DNA from: a virus
Lineage: Duplodnaviria; Caudoviricetes
Reading direction: 5' to 3' (one strand)
Length of the DNA: 57,647 nucleotides
Virus record (IMG/VR): IMGVR_UViG_3300032322_001160
Span: 1 to 57,647 of that record
The notes under the pieces were generated by a model, which was not told the DNA's origin, ran no database searches, and saw only the letters and a list, made by a program, of their open reading frames with translations. Shown here one piece after another: positions 9,394 through 18,107 of this stretch. A program made the position numbers and the translations under genes. Position 1 is the first letter of the stretch, and every line of letters starts with the position of its first letter.

Positions 9394-10113
9394 TTAAGCC
9401 GTGTCCACTTCTACCCAATCGACAGCTTGGAAATCATTTACTACCGTCCAACCACGTATTAAAACAGTGCCCACGGCCCCGGTGCCCGATACCCCAGTAA
9501 CTAGTTTACTATCATCAACCTCAATTTCAACAGTTCCAACAGCCCCTGTTCCTTGCGTCCCTGTTGGAATAACTATATCCCCAACAGCAATGCCCACTGT
9601 TCCTACTGCCCCAGCGCCAGCTACGCCGGTTGGGGATACAATCCCACCATATGTCAGAGCTACAGTACCGATTGCTCCTGCACCCTGTACTCCTAAAACA
9701 GTTACATTACTACTGATTTGGAACACCACTGTTCCAATATCACCTACTCCTCCTACACCAGTGGGAACTACCGTCTCGTTTACGGCTGCATTTACTGTCC
9801 CAACATTTCCGGTACCTTGAACGCCTGTAACCGTATATACACGGCCAACCGTAAACGTCACCGTCCCTACAGCACCCGTACCTACAACACTATTAGGGAC
9901 TACAACATCTTCAACCTGCACAAAGAAACCGCCAATAAGCGCGGTTGCATTTACCCCAGTAACTGCAATATTGCTGTTGATTATTACGGCTGGGGTACCT
10001 ACTGCACCACTGCCAGCAACACCATCTACTTCATAGGCAGGAGAAATACCACTCCATGCGTTATACCCCCACGCACTTACCCCCCAGCCCTGATTCCATG
10101 TGGTTGCTGACAC
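9394..10113 (-). CDS. Repetitive Gly/Val/Thr structural protein
   Basis: About nine V(T/S)GVxGxGAVGTV repeats. Confidence 0.7.
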   Translation of the reverse strand: MSATTWNQGWGVSAWGYNAWSGISPAYEVDGVAGSGAVGTPAVIINSNIAVTGVNATALIGGFFVQVEDVVVPNSVVGTGAVGTVTFTVGRVYTVTGVQGTGNVGTVNAAVNETVVPTGVGGVGDIGTVVFQISSNVTVLGVQGAGAIGTVALTYGGIVSPTGVAGAGAVGTVGIAVGDIVIPTGTQGTGAVGTVEIEVDDSKLVTGVSGTGAVGTVLIRGWTVVNDFQAVDWVEVDTA

Positions 10114-10122
10114 ATTTATACC

Positions 10123-10587
10123 TTATGCAATCCTAATAATTGCCGTTGCCGCTGCAGGTGAAGGGAATTGAATCTGGAAATCCCCTGAACTCACCTGCTG
10201 ATCACCACCAAAACTCAATACCGCACAAGCTGGATCACCTGCAGCCGTGTCGTTGTAAATAATCGCGCCACAACTCGTAAATGTTGCAGAAGACCACGTG
10301 GTGTTGTCAAAGTCGCAGACCGCTGTGGTGCCATCCGCCACAGGCGTCACTGAAACCAACGTATTACCACCCGTCGTGTAGCCATTTCCGTTAGGAAGTT
10401 CGTCTGAGTTGCTGGTCAGGTTGGTGTAGCTGGTTGTCGCCGCGCCATACGTTCCCGAACCGGCTGCAGTAGCCTTCATCAAAGCAATCTTGAAGGTATT
10501 GCCAGTAGAAGCGGTAAAGTTATGAACTGCCCGCAAAATCTCTACCTTGAACGAGGTAGGCATGGCAGTAGTTACAGAAATAGGCAT
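10123..10587 (-). CDS. Virion structural protein (tail or collar associated)
   Basis: TSFKVE..HNF..GNTFKIAL, GYTTGGNTL and GAIIYN motifs typical of phage structural proteins; position in the tail cluster. Confidence 0.65.
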   Translation of the reverse strand: MPISVTTAMPTSFKVEILRAVHNFTASTGNTFKIALMKATAAGSGTYGAATTSYTNLTSNSDELPNGNGYTTGGNTLVSVTPVADGTTAVCDFDNTTWSSATFTSCGAIIYNDTAAGDPACAVLSFGGDQQVSSGDFQIQFPSPAAATAIIRIA

Positions 10588-10588
10588 G

Positions 10589-10876
10589 TTAGTCCTCCAA
10601 AAGTTTTATAAGTTCAGGGTGCCCCGCTTCGCGTAAGCGATTTGCAAGGGTCGTATTATGCGAAGCCACTGCTTGACGCATGTATCGTACAAGTACCGCA
10701 CGAATCTGGGTACGAAAAGCCTCCGCCTGATCACGTATGACCGGATGCGAACCCTCTCCGATATAAACAATCTTCTCCAAAGCCATTTCCGCTACTTCCT
10801 CCGGGGTAAACCCCCGTCCGGAAACAGAAACCGCCTTTATCTCGCCGAGTAAAACGCCTCCGCCTGCACTCATCAT
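10589..10876 (-). CDS. Conserved hypothetical phage protein
   Basis: ATGA-coupled ORF in the late operon; HPVIRDQAEAF motif. Confidence 0.6.
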   Translation of the reverse strand: MMSAGGGVLLGEIKAVSVSGRGFTPEEVAEMALEKIVYIGEGSHPVIRDQAEAFRTQIRAVLVRYMRQAVASHNTTLANRLREAGHPELIKLLED

Positions 10877-11532
10877 GGTCCCGGTGACTCCGATTTAACT
10901 CTCAAACGTATCATGCCGTCTCTGTACTCATCACGACGACGACGGCCCTGCTGCTCAATGCCCAGACCCTGCAACGCCTGCTTGTAGCTGTTGTCGAAAT
11001 AGGCCAACATGTCAGGAGGCCCCTTCGTGTAGCTGTACGCCTGTATCAAACACGCATACAAAAGCGCTTCGGGTGCGTTAACGCTCACCCACGTTTCCGG
11101 GTTGATCGAGGACAACTGCGCCGGACGGTAGATGTACCCAAGCTCAACCGTAAAACTTGCATTAGGCGTAGGTGCCACATAAAAAGTATTCTGATCCCAC
11201 ACCGAGTAATACTTCGGCGTCCCCGTATCCGCGCCGTCTGCCCAGTATTCCTTCATAAAGGACGTGTCGCGGAAGTCGAGGAAAAGCTGATCATTCGTCG
11301 CGTTCGTTATCATCATGTAACGATGTGTTAGAAGATCGCTTGGCGCGGTCAAGAATTTATTGCCAGACGTCATCGACCCGGTAACCTCTTTCTTAAAAAC
11401 ATCCAAGTCGATGTCCCTAAGAATGCGGTTCTCAGCCATGGTGATAAACGTATTAATCACCGAGTTCGTGAAGACGTTGCTTCCGACCTCCGTGTAATTT
11501 CGTATGTTAGTAACCAGTTCGTCGTAAGTCAT
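10873..11532 (-). CDS. Head-tail adaptor / tail tubular A-like protein
   Basis: MTYDEL..FITMAENRI N-terminus, GTPKYY..APTP and LLYACL motifs of phage adaptor proteins. Confidence 0.7.
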   Translation of the reverse strand: MTYDELVTNIRNYTEVGSNVFTNSVINTFITMAENRILRDIDLDVFKKEVTGSMTSGNKFLTAPSDLLTHRYMMITNATNDQLFLDFRDTSFMKEYWADGADTGTPKYYSVWDQNTFYVAPTPNASFTVELGYIYRPAQLSSINPETWVSVNAPEALLYACLIQAYSYTKGPPDMLAYFDNSYKQALQGLGIEQQGRRRRDEYRDGMIRLRVKSESPGP

Positions 11533-11534
11533 GG

Positions 11535-11894
11535 CTAAGTAATCACAATCGTTACATTCCCCACCGCTCCATATCCAACAGGAGGGGCCTGCAATGGATA
11601 TGGTCGCATGTCCGTGATGTTCTGCGCCGCATACACACTGCCCCTGCTCTGAAACGCCGAATCCGCAGGCATTCCAACAAACACTGTCGTAGGTTCAATC
11701 CGATCAGGCCTTGGTTCTTGAATCGCAATCGCATCGCCTTTATAACGAAGCGGATCCAACTGCGGTTCCTTCGGCTCGTAATCGTCAGGACAAACCTTAA
11801 ACCCGCGCCAGTTCTTCCTTAATACGTTGTACGGATAGCGCTGACCACAGTAGTCGCACAACCCGAACGAGAATTTGCCTGTAGCAAATGCCAC
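11535..11894 (-). CDS. Small Cys-containing virion assembly protein
   Basis: CDYCG..VCPDDYEPKEPQL putative metal-binding motif; lies between the two adaptor genes. Confidence 0.6.
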   Translation of the reverse strand: MAFATGKFSFGLCDYCGQRYPYNVLRKNWRGFKVCPDDYEPKEPQLDPLRYKGDAIAIQEPRPDRIEPTTVFVGMPADSAFQSRGSVYAAQNITDMRPYPLQAPPVGYGAVGNVTIVIT

Positions 11895-11895
11895 A

Positions 11896-12561
11896 CTACG
11901 CCCCTACCTCAGGGACGAAATACGCACTTGCAATGTCCCTATCCTCTGCAGCCGCACGTGCAAACTCTTCCTCGTACAACTGTTTCATCATGACCGTGCG
12001 CTCAGGCGCGTACTTCAACGACAGGTAATACGCAAGACCCGATGCCAAGCACGGCAAAAATCTAAAATTCACATCCGCTGTATTCGTATAATCGCCCGCA
12101 TCCTGCATACGACGAATACGGTAATACCGCAGTTGATACGCCTGATTCGGCGTGGGATACAGAAATACCTTCGGTACATTTGTACGCTGAACGTAATACT
12201 GCGCAGGTTGCGCCTGCGTAGTCTTGTCTGGCACGTTCAAGTACTCTGCCCGGCTGATGCGCTCAATGATGATGTCCGTTGCAGGCGTCTGCCCAGTCAA
12301 ACGGATTACCGCTGACAACACATTGACCGTATCCGTCGGCAAAGAGATTTCTGTATCGCCCTGCGTTAAATTGTAAGTAGCTAACTCAATCGTCCACAGG
12401 TTCAACCCACGATTCGCCCACTCCAAGAACATCAAGTTCAAGGACCGACGAGCAGTCGAAAGCTGTTTGCCGTTGGTCATTTGCATGCCCAAACGCTCAA
12501 ACGCTTCTTCGACTAAGTCGTCGATCTGCAGGTCAAATACAGTTGTACCGGAAGTAGCCAT
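11896..12561 (-). CDS. Head-tail adaptor protein
   Basis: EEAFER..ARRSLNL..EWANRGLNLW, PAQYY..LYPTP and FLPCLASGLAYYL motifs. Confidence 0.7.
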   Translation of the reverse strand: MATSGTTVFDLQIDDLVEEAFERLGMQMTNGKQLSTARRSLNLMFLEWANRGLNLWTIELATYNLTQGDTEISLPTDTVNVLSAVIRLTGQTPATDIIIERISRAEYLNVPDKTTQAQPAQYYVQRTNVPKVFLYPTPNQAYQLRYYRIRRMQDAGDYTNTADVNFRFLPCLASGLAYYLSLKYAPERTVMMKQLYEEEFARAAAEDRDIASAYFVPEVGA

Positions 12562-13229
12562 TACTCTTTGTACAGGTTATCAAACGTCACATCAGGGTCC
12601 ATGTAACTATCGTCCTGCTCGGCACAGTGAATCCACTGGCTCGGTTTGAAATCAGGTGCACCGTTTCCGGTCTCCCAATAAGCAGGACTTGTCACACGGA
12701 CACGGTTATTGGGCAAAGCCACAATGTTCCCTGTCCACTTGCCCGCATCGGTCAGCATCAACACATGACTTTGCTTGTGTTGCGCCGGACAATCGGCAAT
12801 CTCGCTCTCCGCATAATCCACCGTAAACAAGTAGCGCCCCGTGTAAAACTCACCTGCTATCTTGCACAACCACGGACTCGGGCCTGTGCGGGCAAACTTG
12901 ACTACGGTGTGATGATGCGAAGGACAGTCCCATGGCTGGGCAAGATGCGTCGGCATACGTTCAGGCCACTCATCCAACCGAATGTCCCCAACTAACGCCG
13001 TGATCGGCATCCTCGCCCACATGGCACCGCCATGCACGTTTTCTGATCCTTCTGCATCGCTCTCACAACCGGTAAAAACCAGTTGGAAGCTCAAACAGCG
13101 GTCAGGCATGGTGTTTACCGCAATCGCCATCGCATGCAAGTATTCACCATGGTACTTCTGATGCATGTGAGTAAATTCACGTCTCACCCAGCACTTGAAG
13201 TACGGGATATTACTGATTAGGTAAGCCAT
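12561..13229 (-). CDS. Conserved globular phage protein of unknown function
   Basis: TAATG-coupled 222-aa ORF rich in His/Cys/Trp (GAMWARMPI, QPWDC, QHKQSH, PNNR). Confidence 0.65.
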   Translation of the reverse strand: MAYLISNIPYFKCWVRREFTHMHQKYHGEYLHAMAIAVNTMPDRCLSFQLVFTGCESDAEGSENVHGGAMWARMPITALVGDIRLDEWPERMPTHLAQPWDCPSHHHTVVKFARTGPSPWLCKIAGEFYTGRYLFTVDYAESEIADCPAQHKQSHVLMLTDAGKWTGNIVALPNNRVRVTSPAYWETGNGAPDFKPSQWIHCAEQDDSYMDPDVTFDNLYKE

Positions 13230-13522
13230 TAGCGGCCTTTGCCGCCGCTCGCCATCATCTTTTTCTTCTTAACTGCACCACCTGCGGCATAGCCTTTTTT
13301 GACCATACCACCAGCAGCGTAGCCCTTCTTCATCATGCCGCCACCCATCATCTTGACAGGCGCTTCACCCATTGCCATGCGCTTGTGCTGGTTAACGTCG
13401 CCACCTTTTGCCATCATGATCGGGCCAGATGTCTGGCTCGTCTTCGACAGCATCTTGTTACGAGGACCGCTCTCTACTGCACCGCCGCCTTTGGTAGCGG
13501 CACCCATTCCACGTCCAGCCAT
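13229..13522 (-). CDS. Small basic Met/Gly/Lys-rich protein with repeated xAxGGxV motifs
   Basis: MAKGGDV, MMGGGMM, YAAGGMV, YAAGGAV; start could be 13522 or 13528. Confidence 0.7.
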   Translation of the reverse strand: MAGRGMGAATKGGGAVESGPRNKMLSKTSQTSGPIMMAKGGDVNQHKRMAMGEAPVKMMGGGMMKKGYAAGGMVKKGYAAGGAVKKKKMMASGGKGR

Positions 13523-13524
13523 GA

Positions 13525-13770
13525 TCACTTTCCTTTCTTCATAGCGCGGCCTTTTACGTCCGCAGTTTTACGCTTAACAGCACGACCCATGGTGTCCGAG
13601 GACTTCTTTACCATGCCCCCTTTTTTCATGGTGTTGCCCTTCAGTACTGCTGCCACTTTTTGTGCAGCCAACGCGGGTACTGAACTCCCTTTTGATCCCG
13701 ACTCTTTGGGATTATTAATGCTTTCTCTAAGCATAGAGGCAATACGTTTGATCACTGACTCACTTACCAT
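13525..13770 (-). CDS. Small basic protein
   Basis: AGGAGA RBS; Lys-rich; contains MKKGGMV. Confidence 0.6.
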   Translation of the reverse strand: MVSESVIKRIASMLRESINNPKESGSKGSSVPALAAQKVAAVLKGNTMKKGGMVKKSSDTMGRAVKRKTADVKGRAMKKGK

Positions 13771-13779
13771 GATGTTCTC

Positions 13780-14019
13780 CTATCGACGTTCAATTAAACG
13801 ATCAATCTTCTCTTCCAGACGATTGAATCGCTGGTCGATATGCTCTGTAATCTTTTCCAGTTCTGCTTTTGTCACGTTATCCCGTGCAATCTCCTCACGG
13901 GTACGATTAAGCAAAATAGTGATACGTGCAAGCTCACTGAACTTCTCATGCATTACGTATCCCAAGATACCAATGAGAATCGTTAGGCCAGCACTCCATA
14001 GTTCTACTAGCTGCACCAC
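13780..14019 (-). CDS. Small membrane-anchored coiled-coil protein
   Basis: N-terminal hydrophobic helix then RFNRLEEKIDRLI coiled coil; AGGAG RBS. Confidence 0.6.
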   Translation of the reverse strand: MVQLVELWSAGLTILIGILGYVMHEKFSELARITILLNRTREEIARDNVTKAELEKITEHIDQRFNRLEEKIDRLIERR

Positions 14020-14026
14020 GCACTCC

Positions 14027-14320
14027 TTAACATTTCCACCGACGCCGCGCTTGACGGATGCGGCTGTTCGGGTCCTTTGCTGCCTCTGGATACATCTTCA
14101 TCTGCCCAGCAGAACGCGCACAAAACGACTTACGACGCTTTGCGCGCTCACCTGACGGATTACTTTCAGTCACAGCAGTCTGGAGCTTGCTACCCGGATT
14201 AGCACGACGATAAGCAGAAACCCCCTGCTTCGTCATGCCTGCTCCTGCCTTAGTGGGTCGGAAATTGCCCGACTTCACCGAGGTAGCTATGCCCATTCCT
14301 TTGGACTTTTTCGTTGCCAT
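14027..14320 (-). CDS. Small basic phage protein (DUF6321-like)
   Basis: YRRANPGSKL..RRKSFCARS..DPNSRI..RRWKC signature recalled from aquatic phages. Confidence 0.65.
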   Translation of the reverse strand: MATKKSKGMGIATSVKSGNFRPTKAGAGMTKQGVSAYRRANPGSKLQTAVTESNPSGERAKRRKSFCARSAGQMKMYPEAAKDPNSRIRQARRRWKC

Positions 14321-14322
14321 CG

Positions 14323-14628
14323 TCAAACAGCCGCGCCGCCCACGAACAGCAACGTGACACTCGTTACATTAGCGCTTGCCAAATCAATGTAAACGCCGTC
14401 CGTAAAAAGAATGCCATCGTCAGGGAAGATGAGGTCAACCGCTCCCGCCGCTGCAGGAGTGTTGATCGTAATCAACGCCGTGCCGCCACTGGTGCTTCCA
14501 TTCTTTAAAGAAAACGACGATGCCGTAGCACTACATGTGTAGTACACCCCCTGCACACGAGTCCTACCACCAATGGCGTCGTCCGAAACGGTCTTCGTTA
14601 CTGCTGAAATATCACTTGCGAAACTCAT
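14323..14628 (-). CDS. Small beta-rich virion protein
   Basis: ATGA-coupled ORF; PDDGILFTDG motif; located near head genes. Confidence 0.6.
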   Translation of the reverse strand: MSFASDISAVTKTVSDDAIGGRTRVQGVYYTCSATASSFSLKNGSTSGGTALITINTPAAAGAVDLIFPDDGILFTDGVYIDLASANVTSVTLLFVGGAAV

Positions 14629-14834
14629 TGCTGTGTCCTTTCCATTGGCTCTGGATCAGGAAGTCCAAGGTCCGAAAGTTTGATGGCATCGGGTTCTGCC
14701 ATATCGATCCGTGTGACCAACGACTGTAAAACGTCGATTGCCGCCTGAGCCGCGACTGCTACATCATGAGCATGATTGCGCTGCTTCATCATGTTTTCAA
14801 TTTCAACGAGCAAGTATTCTTTTGTAATTTCCAT
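14625..14834 (-). CDS. Hypothetical coiled-coil protein
   Basis: ORF fills the gap and is coupled to its neighbours. Confidence 0.55.
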   Translation of the reverse strand: MEITKEYLLVEIENMMKQRNHAHDVAVAAQAAIDVLQSLVTRIDMAEPDAIKLSDLGLPDPEPMERTQQ

Positions 14835-14837
14835 AAA

Positions 14838-15434
14838 TTACGCAGTGGTACTTACCATGATGTAGTAGTTTGTTCCATTTGAACCAACGCACTTAATGGT
14901 GTGCGTTTGAGTTGGAGAACCTACAACAGCAGCCAAGACACCGCCTACTGCCGGTGCAGGCAAATTAAACAGATTTGAGAGCTTTGTTGTATTAGTGTTT
15001 GTCACACGAATAAACGACGCTGAAGCAGGAACAGTTGCAGTAGCATTTAAATCTGAATCAACTTGCAGCGCAGCAACGGTGCCACCAGTTGAAACACCTG
15101 CGGCAGCCCCCAGTGTTACGCGTAGGGCATTACCTGCTCCAGAGATCGTGCCACCAGAATTCACCGATAACGAAATGTGCGCGCCATTAACGGTGCCACC
15201 AGTTGCCGCATCCGCGCCAGTCACACGCGTAAACGCTCGAAGCGTCTCGCCTGAACCGGTCGAAGTGATGTCCAGACGGCTGTAACTTAGGCGGGTGTCA
15301 CCGGTCGTTGCCGAGCTCGTAGCATACGCGCTCGAAATGTTACCGGCGGTGGTGACTGCAATAGGAGAGGTTAAAGTGCCCGAAATAAAGCCGTTGTCAG
15401 AGGCTACCGGGCCGGAAAATCGTGTCTGAGCCAT
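14838..15434 (-). CDS. Head decoration or fibre-like structural protein
   Basis: MAQTRFSGPV N-terminus; Ser/Thr/Gly/Ala-rich; just downstream of the capsid gene region. Confidence 0.6.
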   Translation of the reverse strand: MAQTRFSGPVASDNGFISGTLTSPIAVTTAGNISSAYATSSATTGDTRLSYSRLDITSTGSGETLRAFTRVTGADAATGGTVNGAHISLSVNSGGTISGAGNALRVTLGAAAGVSTGGTVAALQVDSDLNATATVPASASFIRVTNTNTTKLSNLFNLPAPAVGGVLAAVVGSPTQTHTIKCVGSNGTNYYIMVSTTA

Positions 15435-16023
15435 TGTAAAAGTCCTTTAAATGTTGATACTTCAAGGCAAGCTTTCTTACAGAACTAATGTCTGCCTTTA
15501 GGTGTCTTGCACGTTCAGCGTAAGACATGTCTGGATTATTTAGAATAAACGTGAGTTTCGCAACAAACTTTGGGTCTTGCTGAAAACGTGCCATTTGAGC
15601 TCTTGACAATGTAGCACGGTATTCCGGACTTTTGTAATCAAAAGTACTAGCTCTCCGACCCAACCGTATCTTTTCTCGTATCGCTTCTGTATGCGTTTTC
15701 CCCCGCATGGGAGCTTTTGCAAAATCAGCAATGTTATATACTGATTCTTCGTCAAACCATGCGTCTTTTTTTAAAAACGCTTCCTCTAGCTTGTCCAATT
15801 CATCCAAGTTTTTACACTCAATTTCTATAGACCCTACGAAGCATTCCGCCCCATGTTTGTTATACGCCCTTTGGAGGTGTGTGTTTGGGTGCTTATCCCC
15901 TCGTAGCAGTCGAAAATGTTCTTTTATTCTTTTTTTAACACGCTGGGACTGCCCAACATAACACTGACCTGTCGCGGTGTTAACTATTTTGTAGATACCG
16001 CATACATCTTGTTTATATGGCAT
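15397..16023 (-). CDS. Free-standing GIY-YIG homing endonuclease with NUMOD3-like motif
   Basis: GIYKIVN..YVGQS..KR..EH catalytic motif; YN motif then PMRGKTHTEAIREKI; visibly AT-richer than its flanks. Confidence 0.88.
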   Translation of the reverse strand: MPYKQDVCGIYKIVNTATGQCYVGQSQRVKKRIKEHFRLLRGDKHPNTHLQRAYNKHGAECFVGSIEIECKNLDELDKLEEAFLKKDAWFDEESVYNIADFAKAPMRGKTHTEAIREKIRLGRRASTFDYKSPEYRATLSRAQMARFQQDPKFVAKLTFILNNPDMSYAERARHLKADISSVRKLALKYQHLKDFYNGSDTIFRPGSL

Positions 16024-16063
16024 AAACAACCCCTTTTTACGTAGTTTTTGCCATTTTAAGGCT

Positions 16064-16093
16064 AAAAAAGGGGAGCCGAAGCTCCCCTTTTTC
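16064..16093. terminator. Bidirectional intrinsic terminator after the major capsid gene
   Basis: AAAAAAGGGGAGC-CGAA-GCTCCCCTTTTTT perfect hairpin (UUCG loop on the - strand). Confidence 0.85.
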
Positions 16094-16095
16094 TC

Positions 16096-17004
16096 TTAGG
16101 CCGCGCCGGGCGAGCCGAAGATACCGCGCCAGTCAGAGAAGCCGAAGCTGTAACGCTCACGCGCCTTGTAGCGCATGTTGCCAGTCTCGAAATCACCTTC
16201 AAAGGCGGTCTTCATGCTTACACGCTCAAACATCTTCATGCCGTTCGGAGCATCGGTCTTAACAAACCATGCATCCGGATCGGTCAGGTAGTGGTTGACA
16301 GTGTAGCCCTGCGGAATCATGCCCATGTTCTTCAGGGCGTTGATGTCGTTGTCAGCAGTGCCAACACGCAGGGTGGACTTCATGATGCGATCCGCAGTGA
16401 ACTGAAGCTCTTTCGGGATGATCAGCTTCAGGCCTTGGATTGCGATCTTCAGGTTACGCTCGTCAACCAACGACTGGATGTCGATGATGGCCTGTTCCAG
16501 AGAAGTCTCGGAAAGGTCAGCAGCAGTTGCCAGTTCGTTTTTCTGGTTAGGGCCACCAATGATCGGGTGGTCAGTCGAGCACAGAGCAACACCGTCACCA
16601 CCGATCGAGGTAGTGAAAGCGCCGTTCAGCACCGAAGCTGCCTTGATCTGCTTAGTGGTTGCCATCGAGCGGGCCAGAGCGAGGGTATAACGACGAGCCA
16701 AACGGTCGTACAGGTTATCTTCCACCGCTTCTTCCGTCAGAGAGAATGCCAGAGCAATCGTCTCGTGGGTGTAGCGAGCGGTAAAGACTTCCTGAGCGGT
16801 GTCGTAAGCCAAGCCAGCACCTTCGGTTTTGACCGGAGCCTCACCGAAGCCTGACAGCATGACTTCCTCTTCAAACGCACGATCTGACGACTCGATGTCG
16901 TAGATTTGCGTGTGCTCTTGCTCATAGTTTTTGTATTCCAGACCGAACAGGGCGTTCAGGCCGGGCTCCAACTCTTTAACTAGTTGTGCGCGTGAAATAG
17001 CCAT
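16096..17004 (-). CDS. Major capsid protein (HK97 fold, Mu gpT-like family)
   Basis: MAISRAQLVKELEPGLNALFG N-terminus, YLTDPDAWF, YKARERYSFG; 302 aa, follows the scaffold gene and precedes a strong terminator. Confidence 0.88.
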   Translation of the reverse strand: MAISRAQLVKELEPGLNALFGLEYKNYEQEHTQIYDIESSDRAFEEEVMLSGFGEAPVKTEGAGLAYDTAQEVFTARYTHETIALAFSLTEEAVEDNLYDRLARRYTLALARSMATTKQIKAASVLNGAFTTSIGGDGVALCSTDHPIIGGPNQKNELATAADLSETSLEQAIIDIQSLVDERNLKIAIQGLKLIIPKELQFTADRIMKSTLRVGTADNDINALKNMGMIPQGYTVNHYLTDPDAWFVKTDAPNGMKMFERVSMKTAFEGDFETGNMRYKARERYSFGFSDWRGIFGSPGAA

Positions 17005-17017
17005 GATTTAGCTCCTA

Positions 17018-17599
17018 TTAGGTCAGGCCAGCAACACCAATGCTGCCGTATTGATGCGCATTGATCTTTACGACGACTTGGGCGAAGTTTTCACCTATCG
17101 TATTGTTGGGTGCGTTATACAGACCAACAATCTTTAGGACCAGTGTGTTAGTAGTCAGGATGGTGGACGAGTCCAACTCCATTGCAGAGATACCAGTAAT
17201 GTTGCTGCCTGCGGTAGAAGTAACCGCAGCGTTCTGACCGATATCCGCTTGGACGATGTCTTCATCAGCCTGAACGAGGAAAAGCTGATTAGGATCATCA
17301 ATCACGTCAGCCAGAATCTGACCAGAAGTGATGTTCACCGAACCGGGATAGTAGTTCTTCCAAGTTGGCTTGCCAGTGGTTGGATCAATGTAGCTGCAAC
17401 CGTTAAATACGCCAACAGCAGTGGCGTGAGTGCCACTAACGTACTTAACAAGGTAGCCAGCGACGAGAGTGACTAGGTCACCCTGATAAATAGCGCCTGA
17501 TTGGTTGTCCGCAATGACATAGCCATACTGCTTCTGTGCACCAGTAGCAGAGAGGTTGCCAAGAGGACGCAGACCAAAGGCTTTATCGACGTTTGCCAT
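17018..17599 (-). CDS. Capsid cement/decoration protein
   Basis: MANVDKAFGLRP..GDLV..GVFNGC..DDPN; immediately upstream of the capsid gene. Confidence 0.65.
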   Translation of the reverse strand: MANVDKAFGLRPLGNLSATGAQKQYGYVIADNQSGAIYQGDLVTLVAGYLVKYVSGTHATAVGVFNGCSYIDPTTGKPTWKNYYPGSVNITSGQILADVIDDPNQLFLVQADEDIVQADIGQNAAVTSTAGSNITGISAMELDSSTILTTNTLVLKIVGLYNAPNNTIGENFAQVVVKINAHQYGSIGVAGLT

Positions 17600-17620
17600 T
17601 TGTCTATTCCTTAAAAAAGT

Positions 17621-18103
17621 TTACTCATCAGACTTCGGACTTCCGAAGACTGTTCGTGACTGACGAGACGGCTTGGTGATGCGCATGCTGTCATGCGCGT
17701 TTGATTTCATCAAGTCGTTGTCTACAGCTTGCATCTGGTCTCGGGACCGGGAACTGTAATACGCATTGCGCTCTGCTACTGTCTCCTCAGGAATTCGTGC
17801 TAAGAGCAAACTTCCCACACCGAGAACCCCAGCGTGTCGGTTGCTATCCATCGGAGTGCCAAGAAAATCAGGGTATTCGTCGGCGCGTACCAACTCATAT
17901 CCCTCACGCAGGCGTGAAGCTACATTGATACGGTCATCGTATCCATTCGCTTCCGCTCTGATCCAACGATGCTTATAGCCCGGAGGAGCAGGAGGCGCAT
18001 CCAGTTTTGAAGGAGGAGCCCAAGGCTTACGGCGCGCAGTTGCGGTACGGCTTTCGGCTTCCCGCGACTTGCGATTTAAAGAAGGCACGTCAATCTTGTC
18101 CAT
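17621..18103 (-). CDS. Conserved head-module protein
   Basis: WAPPSKLDAP.APPGYKHRWIR..LREGYELV motif; sits between scaffold and cement genes. Confidence 0.6.
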   Translation of the reverse strand: MDKIDVPSLNRKSREAESRTATARRKPWAPPSKLDAPPAPPGYKHRWIRAEANGYDDRINVASRLREGYELVRADEYPDFLGTPMDSNRHAGVLGVGSLLLARIPEETVAERNAYYSSRSRDQMQAVDNDLMKSNAHDSMRITKPSRQSRTVFGSPKSDE

Positions 18104-18107
18104 GGTC

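Noticed and set aside
15397-16063. Group I intron around the GIY-YIG gene
   Set aside because: Both flanking genes are intact and there is no room for an intron core
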